Shown: positions 17,673 to 27,393 of the stretch, in pieces
Position numbering within the stretch: position 1 is the first letter of the stretch
Layout: the number at the start of each line of letters is the position of its first letter
NCBI GenBank assembly: GCA_019637975.1
Contig: JAHBUR010000008.1
Location: 77,169-141,168 of the forward strand
Direction of reading: 5' to 3'
Length of the DNA stretch: 64,000 nucleotides
Source: Bacteroidota bacterium
GTDB lineage: Bacteria; Bacteroidota; Ignavibacteria; UBA10030; UBA6906
Program-made: the position numbers and the translations under genes
Notes under the pieces: generated by a model
The model's input: the letters and a program-made list of their open reading frames with translations, nothing else
Database searches by the model: none
Told to the model about the DNA's origin: nothing

Positions 17673-19322
17673 TTAGCCCTTTATCTTGTGGGGATTCGCT
17701 TTGCCATTCTTCAGCAACGCAAGAGCGACATCAAGCTGGTTATCGCCATTCAGCGAAGCGGCAATTCTTCCTGTCTCGCCTTTGACGCGTGCCATCATTT
17801 CGATATTCAATTCCCGTTTGATGTGATCGCTGTAGCGGTCGAATCCGCGGTTCTTTTCTTTCTCGAGTGCGGCGGAAAGAAGATCGAGATCGGCGAGAAC
17901 TTCCTTGCTGTAATGCGACCGTTCGGCAATCTGCCGCAGCTCGTTCACTTTGCCGTCGCTCTCTTCCTTGTAGTCGAACTTCTGATCCTCGAGGTACTTG
18001 CGGAATTCCTTCAGCACAGTCTCGTTGACGCCCGTGAACTCCGCGGTCTTGCGGGCAGAGAAATACGTGTTGGCAAACCGGAAGAACAACGACTTCCGGA
18101 ACAACTCCCTCACCATCGGGCCGGGATCCGTTTCGGTGACGGAGGAATCGGGAGTAATGCCGCCGTATTCGTAGACAGTTCTTCCACCTTTCGTCTTGAA
18201 GGCACGTTTCAGGCTGTCGGGAACGGTGGCAAACACGCCGTTCCGATCTTTGTGCATGTAGTCGATTTCCTGAATACTCCTGCCGCTCGGAATGTAGTAG
18301 CGTGCCGTCGTGACCTTCAGTTGCGCCCCGTAATTCAGCGGCACAATTGTCTGAACCAGCCCCTTGCCGAAGCTTCGGGAGCCCACGACAATTCCCCGGT
18401 CAAGGTCCTGAATTGCGCCGGCCACAATTTCGCTTGCGCTCGCGCTGCTGCGATTGGTCAGCACAACCACCGGTACGTCCGGTAACTGCGGCTCTTCCAC
18501 CGAGTTGTATTGTTTCTCCGATTCAGGGCGGCGGCCCTTGGTGCTGACAATCAGATTTCCCTTCGGCACAAATTTGCTGACAACATCAACGGCGGCATCA
18601 AGCAAACCGCCGGGATTGCCGCGCAAGTCGAGGACCATACCTCGAATCTCCCCTTTCAGTTTCAGCTCTTTCAGCGATTGCCGGAGTTCATCGCCGGCCT
18701 TTCGGGAGAATCGCTCAAGCCGTACGTACGCGATGCCGTCGCCGACAAAATCCGCGTACGTCACATTCTTGACTCTGATATCTTCCCGCACGACAACAAA
18801 CAAAACCGGCTTGTTCTCGCCTTCACGCTGGATGAGGATTTTCACTTCCGTGCCCGGCTCACCGCGCATGTACGAGCGGACTTCGTTTGAGTTCTTATCC
18901 GCCACTTTGTCGCCGTCGATCTCGATGATTTTATCGCCGGGAATGATCCCTGCGCGCTGCGCCGCGTGTCCGTCCATCACGCTGATCACCTGAACAGAAC
19001 CGTCGCGTGCCCCGATTGTGACGCCGATACCCCCGTAGCGGCCGTTCGTCAGCATCTCGACTTCATCACCATCCTCCTTGTCGATGAACACGGTGTAGGG
19101 ATCGAGCGTGCCGAGCATCCCTTTGATGCCCGCTTGCATGAACTTCTCGGGATCCACTTCATCCACGTAGTTGAGAGAGATTTCCTTGTAGACGCGTCCG
19201 AAGACGTCGATTCCTTTGTTGATTTTGAAGAAGAAATCGGTATCCACCGGCGGGCCGAACCCGACGGAAAGAACAACCACGCCGATGATTGCTGCTGCAA
19301 ACAGGAAATACTTCTTTCGCTT
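17673..19322 (-). CDS. ctpA: S41 family C-terminal processing peptidase with PDZ domain
   Basis: N-terminal TM, PDZ (GGIGVTIGARDGSVQVISVMDGHAAQRAGIIPGDKI), S41 catalytic region (LVVLTNRSSASASEIVAGAIQD). Start at the ATG preceded by GAGGAGAG. Confidence 0.9.
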   Translation of the reverse strand, partial: KRKKYFLFAAAIIGVVVLSVGFGPPVDTDFFFKINKGIDVFGRVYKEISLNYVDEVDPEKFMQAGIKGMLGTLDPYTVFIDKEDGDEVEMLTNGRYGGIGVTIGARDGSVQVISVMDGHAAQRAGIIPGDKIIEIDGDKVADKNSNEVRSYMRGEPGTEVKILIQREGENKPVLFVVVREDIRVKNVTYADFVGDGIAYVRLERFSRKAGDELRQSLKELKLKGEIRGMVLDLRGNPGGLLDAAVDVVSKFVPKGNLIVSTKGRRPESEKQYNSVEEPQLPDVPVVVLTNRSSASASEIVAGAIQDLDRGIVVGSRSFGKGLVQTIVPLNYGAQLKVTTARYYIPSGRSIQEIDYMHKDRNGVFATVPDSLKRAFKTKGGRTVYEYGGITPDSSVTETDPGPMVRELFRKSLFFRFANTYFSARKTAEFTGVNETVLKEFRKYLEDQKFDYKEESDGKVNELRQIAERSHYSKEVLADLDLLSAALEKEKNRGFDRYSDHIKRELNIEMMARVKGETGRIAASLNGDNQLDVALALLKNGKANPHKIKG

Positions 19323-19354
19323 CATATATCTCTCCTCGTTATAGAAATGCAATT

Positions 19355-20005
19355 TCATTCCCCTGTGCTATGTCCTTCACTACGATTCGTTGCGGCCAAC
19401 TTTTTGTCAACGGCCAGCCGGATTTCCTTTTCAATTGTCTCAATCGAAAGCATCCCGTCAACAAGAAACCACCGGGGGTGGTCGCCGGCAGCAAGTGTAT
19501 GATAGCCGTGCCGTACACGCTCGTAAAATGCCCGCCCGGCACTTTCCATTCTGTCGAATGACAGACCTGCCTGTGTTTTCCTTCTCTCAATCTCTTCGAT
19601 CGGAATATCTACCAGAATCGTCAGGTCGGGCATCGTGCTTCCGGTTGCAAAGCGGTTGATGGTTCGTACATCGTCAAGATTGAGCCCGCGCCCGTATCCC
19701 TGATACGCGGTTGTCGAGTCGCAGTACCGGTCGCAGACGACAATTTCGCCGCGCTGCAACGCGGGATTGATGACTTGACGAACAAGTTGCGAGCGGCTGG
19801 CGGAGAACAGCAAAATCTCCGCCGCATCCGACATTTCAAGATGGTTCTTGTCGAGAAGGATGTCGCGGATCTTTTCCGATATGACGGTTCCCCCGGGTTC
19901 GCGGATAAAGTGGACGGTGTGATGCTGTTGTCTCAACCGTTCAACAAGCAGTTTTGCCTGTGTGGACTTGCCGCTGAAGTCGAGACCCTCAAAGCTGATG
20001 AACAT
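19355..20005 (-). CDS. tmk: thymidylate kinase
   Basis: ISFEGLDFSGKSTQ P-loop, DRY motif (VCDRYCDST), lid region. Start at the internal ATG (MFISFEG); the longest ORF reaches 20050. Confidence 0.9.
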   Translation of the reverse strand: MFISFEGLDFSGKSTQAKLLVERLRQQHHTVHFIREPGGTVISEKIRDILLDKNHLEMSDAAEILLFSASRSQLVRQVINPALQRGEIVVCDRYCDSTTAYQGYGRGLNLDDVRTINRFATGSTMPDLTILVDIPIEEIERRKTQAGLSFDRMESAGRAFYERVRHGYHTLAAGDHPRWFLVDGMLSIETIEKEIRLAVDKKLAATNRSEGHSTGE

Positions 20006-20189
20006 TCGATATTCCTGAAAAGAGAACCTTCCCGTTGTGGAGGATGGCACATCGGAACCGACATCGTTCCGTGTCTGCGCGGTTCTTCGTTCAATTTCAA
20101 CATACGGATTTCATCTGCCTGAGTCAATTGCTACTTATGATGCTTTTAGGTAATTTCATGTCAAAATTCAGAGTTTCACTTCCCACTCA

Positions 20190-20888
20190 ATGGCAAAGCA
20201 AACCCGTCCGGCACGCCGCCTCAAGCCCGAATCTTCAATACCTCCCCGAGGACCTTCCGGCAACTTCCCTCACGATCAGGTGCTTACCATCAAGGAACAA
20301 CAAAAAGCCGAATCGCGTGCCGAGGATTCGCGTCTCATCCAGGCTGCGCTCAACGGCAATAACACCGCCTACAAACGGCTGATGAAGAAGTATCACGATG
20401 CCATTTACAATTTCATCTACAGAATGGTGCACGACAAGCACCAGGTCGAAGACCTGACCCAGGAAGCATTTATCAAAGCATTCGGATCGTTGTCGAGTTT
20501 CAACGAGGAGTACGCGTTCAGTACGTGGTTGTACAAGATTGCGACAAACAACAGCATCGACTATATCCGCAAACGAAAGCTGCAAACATATTCCATCGAC
20601 AAGCCCATTGAGGCAAAGGACAGCGACTATTCGTTCGAGTTGCCGGATGAATCATACGAGACCGACAAGGATATGATCAGCGACCAGCGGGCTCACATGC
20701 TGAACGAAGCCATCAAGAAGCTCCCCGAGAAGTATCGAAAAGTCATTCACATGCGGCATGTTGATGAGAAAAGTTATGAAGAGATTGCCGTCCAGCTCAA
20801 ACTCCCCATCGGAACGGTAAAAGCTCACATCTTCAGGGCAAGGGAGATGCTCTACAAATCCTTAAAAGACAGAATCAGGCATTATTGA
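20190..20888 (+). CDS. ECF-type RNA polymerase sigma-70 factor
   Basis: Region 2 (YKRLMKKYHDAIYNFIYRMVHDKHQVEDLTQEAFIKAF...FSTWLYKIATNNSIDYIRKRK). Region 4 HTH (HMRHVDEKSYEEIAVQLKLPIGTVKAHIFRAREML). A ~40-aa N-extension suggests the start may lie at an internal non-ATG codon. Confidence 0.85.
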   Translation: MAKQTRPARRLKPESSIPPRGPSGNFPHDQVLTIKEQQKAESRAEDSRLIQAALNGNNTAYKRLMKKYHDAIYNFIYRMVHDKHQVEDLTQEAFIKAFGSLSSFNEEYAFSTWLYKIATNNSIDYIRKRKLQTYSIDKPIEAKDSDYSFELPDESYETDKDMISDQRAHMLNEAIKKLPEKYRKVIHMRHVDEKSYEEIAVQLKLPIGTVKAHIFRAREMLYKSLKDRIRHY

Positions 20889-20950
20889 CGTTTGCCGCCT
20901 TGTTTCCATGCAACTAAACAGTCCCCCTGACGTAAGCTATACGTAGAGGA

Positions 20951-21832
20951 ATGAATATCTTACGTCAACATATTATCCCTTACCTGCTCTGTGCTGCGGT
21001 TGTTTCAACAACTCAGGTGTACGCGGGCGATTCCGGCAAGAAGGAAATCGGACGGACGACCGAGCGGGAAATCAACGTCGTGCTCTCCGCCGGTTTCGGA
21101 CGAATCAACCTCGAGCGGGGTGAAGCCGAGAAGGTGATTATTGTCGAGGGATATTCCAAGAAAGAATCATCCCTGCCGACAACGCTCAAATACGATATCC
21201 GAAACAGAGTCGGGTATCTTGATATTTCCATCGGCGAAGATCTTCAGGAATCAGGAAAGAAGAAGGGCACGTTCAAGATCTCCGGAATCGACGGCGGTGT
21301 TTGGGATCTCAAATTCAGCAACGCCATTCCGATTTCCTTTGATGTGGAGTTGGGAGTTGCAAAGGGGGCATTCGATATGACAGGCCTTCAGGTCAAGGAT
21401 TTCAAGCTCTCGGCCGGCGCAAGTGACGTGTTACTGGCGTTTGACAGTCCGAACACCGCGTCTATTGACGAGATGAGCATTGAGTCGGGAGTCGGCAAGT
21501 TTGTCGGACGGAATCTTGGCAACGCAAACTTCAAAAGCTTCCGGTATGAAGGCGGTGTCGGGGCTGCAACACTCGACTTTGCGGGTCTGAGCCAGAGCGA
21601 AGTTGACATCGACGTGGAAGTGGGTCTTGGAATCTGCACGGTGATTATTCCCAAAGATGCGGGGGCGCGTGTGTTCTTTGAGAAAAGCCTCGTCTCGCGA
21701 ATCGACTTCGATTCATCCATTCAAACGGCTGGCGACAATCAATACATCAGCGAAAACTACCGTACCGCAAAGAGCAGGATGAACATCCGCATCGATGCCG
21801 GCCTCGGCAAGGTACGAATCAAGACTGAGTAG
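20951..21832 (+). CDS. exported DUF4097-like beta-strand repeat protein, possibly associated with the upstream sigma factor
   Basis: Signal peptide. Repetitive G/V-rich beta-strand repeats (GAFDMTGLQVKDFKLSAGASDV...; ESGVGKFVGRN...). Sits 62 nt downstream of the ECF sigma gene. Confidence 0.5.
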   Translation: MNILRQHIIPYLLCAAVVSTTQVYAGDSGKKEIGRTTEREINVVLSAGFGRINLERGEAEKVIIVEGYSKKESSLPTTLKYDIRNRVGYLDISIGEDLQESGKKKGTFKISGIDGGVWDLKFSNAIPISFDVELGVAKGAFDMTGLQVKDFKLSAGASDVLLAFDSPNTASIDEMSIESGVGKFVGRNLGNANFKSFRYEGGVGAATLDFAGLSQSEVDIDVEVGLGICTVIIPKDAGARVFFEKSLVSRIDFDSSIQTAGDNQYISENYRTAKSRMNIRIDAGLGKVRIKTE

Positions 21833-21835
21833 GCC

Positions 21836-24415
21836 CTACCACAACGAAAATCCCGCCCACATGTGCGGGGTTGCGTACTCCGCTTTCCCGATCATCTCCA
21901 ACAACGATTTCCTGTACGCATTCTCCGCTGATTCTCCCGCAAGAAGATTCGTGTAGAAGAGTTCATTGAAGAACTTCTTCGCTTTGCGCGGGGGAACGTA
22001 ACTGTTGATCACAATATCCGAAGAGCCGTTCATGATGAAAATGCCCGGCACGGCTGGATGCAAACCTGCATCCGCCAAATTGGAAAACAGCACAATCCGG
22101 AACGGCGCTACCGAGAACATCTCTCCCAACCGGTGGAAATGCGTCGTGCCGTACGCCGCGCCTTCCGACAACACGAAAAACGACAGGCCGGGGCTTTCTG
22201 TCCGGTAGTCAAGTTCGAACGATGCGTGGAGAACATCTCCCTTCTCCTGACGCAAACGGCTGAGTGTAGCCTCCCGGTCGAAGAAGACCCGGGCTTCCTT
22301 GTAGAATGCCTTTACATCACGCACTTCATACTCTGCATCAATCGGCGTTCTCCCCCGATTCCCGAACCCGACAGCGACGGCATACGGGCCAAGCGGTTGT
22401 CGCTGCGTGCCCGCAGCGCCCGCCTCCACCAAATATCGAATCGAGAATCGTCGGAGTGCATACTCTCCGGTGTAGCCCTCGCTTTGCAGCGCGTGAACCG
22501 GAATGATCGGAAGACTGACAGGCATTTCCACAAACACGCTGTTTGCATCGGGTGCGTGAAGAACAATCGGGCGGACAAACACTGCATAGAGCTTCCCGGA
22601 AAGTTCCCGGAGCCGGCGCTCCCGCACGCGCAGATCGCTCTTGTTTGTTTCGGCATTCATCTGCATGAGAACGTCGAGATACTCGTTCATGAGGGAGAGA
22701 AGGGATTCTTTTCCGATGGCAGCTATCTGCTCACTGCTTTTCGATTTTGTATAGATGGAAATATGCAATGACTGCTTCGTCGGAATGTACGTCACGAGGG
22801 CGGCCCCGTCGGGAATCTGCTTCTGCACATCTGCAACGGAGGAATTGCGTGCAGTCAGCGCGGGACGGAGATTGGGGTAGCGGACGGCGAGCGAATCTTC
22901 CAGCTCAGAGGTACGGAGGCGGGCACTCTGCAGGTTGCTCTGTACTTCTGCAGCAAGTGTCCGCGATTCGGCGTGCAGCATGAACGCCTTCGCGAGTTGC
23001 CGCTCGGCCCCTAAACGTGCCGCCCGAACGCGGGCAAGATCTGCCAGTGCAGCGTTCAGCCGCGCATCCTGCGTCCTGATAGTCATTGAGACATAGTCGC
23101 GAAGAAGTCTGCTTTGCCTCTCCCTTTCGGCAGCGGCTGTCGCCTCCTCAGACTTCCCCAATTTGAACAATAGCTCTATCAAGGCATCATACGGCGAACC
23201 CTGGCGCGAGCCGTAGAACGTCGCTTCGCAGTCGTCAAACGCATCGCCGGCACGCGGCACCCACGACGAGTCGAACCGCTTCGCGGCGCTTTGATGGAGC
23301 GCAAGAGCTTCGTTCAGACGACCCTTGCTCTGTGCCAAGTTTCCCAGACATGCTCGCGCGTAAGCGTTTGCCCGCGGCAATCCCATGTAATCGAGCAACG
23401 CTATTGCGGCACTGTAGTTCGTTTCCGCCTCGGCATCTCCACTGGCAGCAAGACAGTGACCGAGCTGAAGCAGAGCATACGCCTCCGTCAGTCTGTTTTG
23501 CGAACCGATTGCGGTCCGAAGCGCGGCATTATAGAACTTGTGTGCTTCTTCGTAACGGTTTCGCCGCAAATGAATATTCCCGACTCGAAGCAACATCTCC
23601 TCTCTCAACGCGTCTGCGCCGCGGATCATATCCGCTCTCCGGATTCCTTCCGTGAACATCTGGAATGACTCCTTCTCGTTTCCCAACAGATCATAGACAA
23701 CTGCGAGAGAAAGGAAAGTCTGAATAGTCAGAAGCGTGTCTTGTGAACGGAGGGCAAAAGGAAGCGCGGCGGCAAAGTTCCTTACGGCGTCACCGTATTC
23801 AGAACGTGAGATGGATGAGTTTCCGTATGCGGAATGCACTTGCGCAAGCATCGCATCATCGCCAATCAGAGAACTCTCGTTCAACAACTCGCCGAGCAAA
23901 CGGCGTTCGAGAGCGAAATCACCGACGGCCCGCGAGACGGGAACCAGCTCCCATTTCATCAACCGGGCGCCCGTTGAATCGCCCAATGCCTCTTCGAAAC
24001 GATGCTGATCCATCAAAACAGAAAACGCCTGCCACTCTTCTCCCCGTACGCGATGCATGCCGGCTTGTCCGAAAATTGCAGCCCGGACACCGGACTTGTC
24101 GCCCGTACGCTGGTACAGATTTCTCGCCTGCGCAAACAACGTTACTGCGTTGTCAAACCCCGCTGCTGCCGAATACGTTTCGCCTAAGAGCAGGGATGTT
24201 TCCGCTTGTCCGGGAACATCGCCCGCCCGTTCATACAATCCCAGCGCTTCCTGAAGCAACCGTTTGCTCTCGGCATGATCGGCGCGGGCCATTGCCTGCT
24301 TTGCTTTTGCAAAGACTTCCTGTGCGCGGAGCGACACGGGGGCGTCATCGCGATTGCATCCCGAAGCAAAAGCAAGAAGGATCAAGATGAATCGATATGC
24401 GCGGAACATTCTCAT
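21836..24415 (-). CDS. TPR-repeat lipoprotein with C-terminal CHAT (caspase-like) domain
   Basis: Lipobox (FASGC). More than 8 TPR-like helical repeats. C-terminal blocks fit CHAT (LPIIPVHAL...RFSIRYL...DVLHASFEL...HMWAGFSLW). The Cys position of the catalytic dyad reads LFSNLADAG. Confidence 0.7.
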   Translation of the reverse strand: MRMFRAYRFILILLAFASGCNRDDAPVSLRAQEVFAKAKQAMARADHAESKRLLQEALGLYERAGDVPGQAETSLLLGETYSAAAGFDNAVTLFAQARNLYQRTGDKSGVRAAIFGQAGMHRVRGEEWQAFSVLMDQHRFEEALGDSTGARLMKWELVPVSRAVGDFALERRLLGELLNESSLIGDDAMLAQVHSAYGNSSISRSEYGDAVRNFAAALPFALRSQDTLLTIQTFLSLAVVYDLLGNEKESFQMFTEGIRRADMIRGADALREEMLLRVGNIHLRRNRYEEAHKFYNAALRTAIGSQNRLTEAYALLQLGHCLAASGDAEAETNYSAAIALLDYMGLPRANAYARACLGNLAQSKGRLNEALALHQSAAKRFDSSWVPRAGDAFDDCEATFYGSRQGSPYDALIELLFKLGKSEEATAAAERERQSRLLRDYVSMTIRTQDARLNAALADLARVRAARLGAERQLAKAFMLHAESRTLAAEVQSNLQSARLRTSELEDSLAVRYPNLRPALTARNSSVADVQKQIPDGAALVTYIPTKQSLHISIYTKSKSSEQIAAIGKESLLSLMNEYLDVLMQMNAETNKSDLRVRERRLRELSGKLYAVFVRPIVLHAPDANSVFVEMPVSLPIIPVHALQSEGYTGEYALRRFSIRYLVEAGAAGTQRQPLGPYAVAVGFGNRGRTPIDAEYEVRDVKAFYKEARVFFDREATLSRLRQEKGDVLHASFELDYRTESPGLSFFVLSEGAAYGTTHFHRLGEMFSVAPFRIVLFSNLADAGLHPAVPGIFIMNGSSDIVINSYVPPRKAKKFFNELFYTNLLAGESAENAYRKSLLEMIGKAEYATPHMWAGFSLW

Positions 24416-24487
24416 TCTTCTGAATTCAAGTTGTGAAAAAGATAGAGAAGTTTGAGGGGAGATACAATCGGAGCGAGGAGAACCCTG

Positions 24488-25801
24488 TCAGTTGCCGCGG
24501 GTCCTGTGCAGCAGGTTTTTCCACTCATTATATCGTGCACGGATGGAGATGGAATGAGCCGGACTGTCTTGCGCCTCTTGCAGCAATGCGGGCAAGGGCA
24601 CATCAATACCAATCGCTTTTCTTACAACGTCGGGAAATTTTGCAGGATGCGCAGTAGCGGCAACAATAATCGGCGGTGAGTTTGTCGTCCATTCAAGCGC
24701 CTTGCGCGCAGCGACAACGCCGACAGCAGTATGCGGATCAAGGATGTAATTCGTTGCATCATACGTCCGGCGGATTTCTTGCAGTGTCTCCTCGTCGGAA
24801 ATGCTTACCGCATCAATATCCTTCTTCAACTCTTGAACATCTTCGCCATACAATTTCCGAAGCCGGACAAGATTGCCCGGATTGCCGACATCCATTGCGC
24901 TTGAATACGTCTGAACACTCGGCCGAGGCACAAACTCCCCCGATCCGAGATAGCGAATCATCGAATCGTTCGCGTTCGCCGCAGCAATGAAATTGCGTAT
25001 CGGAACGCCCATCTTCTTTGCATAAACTGCAGCAGTCAGATTGCCGAAGTTACCGCTCGGCACAACCACAAGCGGAGGTTCATGTCTGTTGAACGTTGTC
25101 CGCAGTTGCATCACCCCCCACGCATAGTAGGCAATCTGCGGTAGCAATCTCGCGATGTTAATCGAATTTGCCGTCGTGACGGCACGCTTCTTCTGCAGCT
25201 CGGCATCGTTCAACGACATCTTCACGAGACGCTGGCAATCGTCAAACGTTCCGTCAACTTCAACGGCGGTGATATTGCCGCCGAGGGTCGTCATTTGACA
25301 CTGTTGCAGAGGGCTGATCTTGTTGGAAGGAAAAAGAATGAACACTTCGACATGCGGAACGTTGTAGAAACCATGCGCAACCGCGCTTCCTGTATCGCCC
25401 GATGTTGCCACAAGAATCGTAACCTCCTGCTGCTGTTGCTCGAGAAAATGCGACATCACCTGCGCCATGAACCGCGCCCCGACATCCTTGAACGCAAGCG
25501 TCGGGCCGTGAGAGAGTTCGAGCAGATAGATATTATCCTGGAGATGCACAAGCGGGGTTGGGAAATCCCAAGCTTGCTCAATGATTGAGGCGAGATTCTT
25601 CTTTGGAATCTCATCGATAAATATGGAGAGAAGGTCTGCCGCCGCTGAATGCAGAGTCGAGTCGGAATTATCCTGAAAGAATTCGGACTTCACAAGGGGA
25701 AGAGATTCCGGCACGTACAAGCTGCCGTCCGGCGCGGTGCCTCTGAACAGGGCCTCGCGAAATGATACAACGGAATTTCCGGTTATGCTGACGAATTTCA
25801 T
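24488..25801 (-). CDS. thrC: threonine synthase
   Basis: PLP-dependent fold with the Lys motif region (FKDVGARF). N-terminus matches ThrC (MKFVSITGNSVVSFREALFRGTAPDGSLYVPESLP). 437 aa. Confidence 0.9.
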   Translation of the reverse strand: MKFVSITGNSVVSFREALFRGTAPDGSLYVPESLPLVKSEFFQDNSDSTLHSAAADLLSIFIDEIPKKNLASIIEQAWDFPTPLVHLQDNIYLLELSHGPTLAFKDVGARFMAQVMSHFLEQQQQEVTILVATSGDTGSAVAHGFYNVPHVEVFILFPSNKISPLQQCQMTTLGGNITAVEVDGTFDDCQRLVKMSLNDAELQKKRAVTTANSINIARLLPQIAYYAWGVMQLRTTFNRHEPPLVVVPSGNFGNLTAAVYAKKMGVPIRNFIAAANANDSMIRYLGSGEFVPRPSVQTYSSAMDVGNPGNLVRLRKLYGEDVQELKKDIDAVSISDEETLQEIRRTYDATNYILDPHTAVGVVAARKALEWTTNSPPIIVAATAHPAKFPDVVRKAIGIDVPLPALLQEAQDSPAHSISIRARYNEWKNLLHRTRGN

Positions 25802-25921
25802 AATCAGGCGATCGTGGCCCTGCCTGTATAGATTCGGGCGACGAATACATTGGCCCAGTTGAAGCCTGTGACTCTCTGGGGATTCCTTTTGCTCAAGTCC
25901 ATTTCAAAAGATCATGCATGA

Positions 25922-27256
25922 CTACCTTCTCCCTACTGCAACAATCCCCCTGTTATTAGCATACCCTACTGCAATGATAAGATCGCCTTTGATGTTCACC
26001 GAGTAGTAGATTCCCGATATTCCTGTTTGGTTGATGAAGTTGCGCCACGTGACACCATTGAAGTGGGTAATCTCGCCGAATGCCCCTGCAGTTACAACGT
26101 CATTGCGGCCAGCCCCCCGGATTGCGAGCGTGTAGTAGTTTGTGACTTCCCCGCGAGGATACAGTTTCCATGGCGTTGAGTGTTCAATATTTCGCTTGTG
26201 GTACACACCATCACCGACAACGTAATATGGTCCGCGAGGAACAAACCAGATTCCCCGCAAACTCCAAGGGAGCCCGTTATCAGGAATAGCCTCAACAGAC
26301 CCTGCGCTGACTTTGAGAACTTTCCTTCCTTCATTCTGATCAATCCTCGATGCCACTGCATAAACTTCCGTTGCTCCCGAAGTTGCATTCCGCACTCCCC
26401 AAATGTCATTGATCGGCAAAGTCGTGCCGCTCTCCAAGGGCTGCCATGTGTTGGCACCGCTCTGGTGCGCTATGAAACCACCATCTCCTACGGCGTACAG
26501 TTTGTCGCTGCTAACACCCCACATTTTGTTCACACCAACTCCGATGAAGATTGGGCTGATTGGAATTTCTTGGAACATTTGCCCGTTCCAGTGAAAATAT
26601 GGATCAAGCCACACATCATTGTGGGCAAGAGCAAACACAAATCGAATTGCTGGAGGTATTCCCTGATACGTTATCCGTCGAACTTGCCAAGTGCCAGTCC
26701 AAATTGCAAGATTATATCTTCTTGGATCAATCTGCCCTGTTGAATCTCTCAAATAAATCTCCCCAACGGCATATGCTAGCGTATCGTTGATGATGGCAAT
26801 ATCACTAAGCGTGCTGGCATTGCCGTCTCCCAACGTATCAATCTGCCACGTAAAGTTATGCGATGTCGTATCAAGCGTCGTGGAAACCACAGTGCCGCTG
26901 GTGTCGGTTATTGTGGTGTCTCGTATTCGTTGTGCTGCAAAGCGGTAGTTACGGTTGGGGAGGAGGTTTTCGACTATCAGGACGGAATCGAGACCATTGA
27001 TACGCGCTGTAAGCCTCATTACGCCATCTTGCGTGATTGCAATCGTTCGCGGCTCGTTCATATCTGTGAGAGAAACCTTCAGCCACGCTTCAGTGCAGGA
27101 GACATCTTCCACTGTTATGTGAATGGTCTGCTGGTACGGAGGGGGCGGCGGTGGCGGCACTACCGGCGGGTCCTTTTTGCAGCCCGCCGTGAGAAGAACT
27201 CCAAGATGTGCTGCTAACAGAAAGAAAAGAGAAAGAGGTTGCCGATGCATCTTCAC
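25922..27256 (-). CDS. lipoprotein with poly-Pro linker, FN3-like domain and beta-propeller (Ycf48/BNR-like blades)
   Basis: Lipobox LLTAGC, PPVVPPPPPPP linker, repeated blade motifs (YAVGDGGFIAHQSGANTW; YVVGDGVY; LIIAVGYANNRGIVAVG). GTG or ATG start. Confidence 0.5.
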   Translation of the reverse strand: MKMHRQPLSLFFLLAAHLGVLLTAGCKKDPPVVPPPPPPPYQQTIHITVEDVSCTEAWLKVSLTDMNEPRTIAITQDGVMRLTARINGLDSVLIVENLLPNRNYRFAAQRIRDTTITDTSGTVVSTTLDTTSHNFTWQIDTLGDGNASTLSDIAIINDTLAYAVGEIYLRDSTGQIDPRRYNLAIWTGTWQVRRITYQGIPPAIRFVFALAHNDVWLDPYFHWNGQMFQEIPISPIFIGVGVNKMWGVSSDKLYAVGDGGFIAHQSGANTWQPLESGTTLPINDIWGVRNATSGATEVYAVASRIDQNEGRKVLKVSAGSVEAIPDNGLPWSLRGIWFVPRGPYYVVGDGVYHKRNIEHSTPWKLYPRGEVTNYYTLAIRGAGRNDVVTAGAFGEITHFNGVTWRNFINQTGISGIYYSVNIKGDLIIAVGYANNRGIVAVGRR

Positions 27257-27393
27257 CCCATGAACCGGAAATCGTGACGTATTCGGATTGTTTCCAACTG
27301 CTGTCGGCGGGAAAGGAACACATCCGAGACAATCCGGTTTTAAGGTATGAATAATCGGGGGAATATCGAACCTGCAATCGGCCTGTGTTGTGC

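Noticed and set aside
25912-25921. 10-bp palindrome TCATGCATGA just downstream of the lipoprotein gene stop
   Set aside because: It is isolated and short, with no flanking U-tract or second copy. It is likely chance or at most a minor hairpin.
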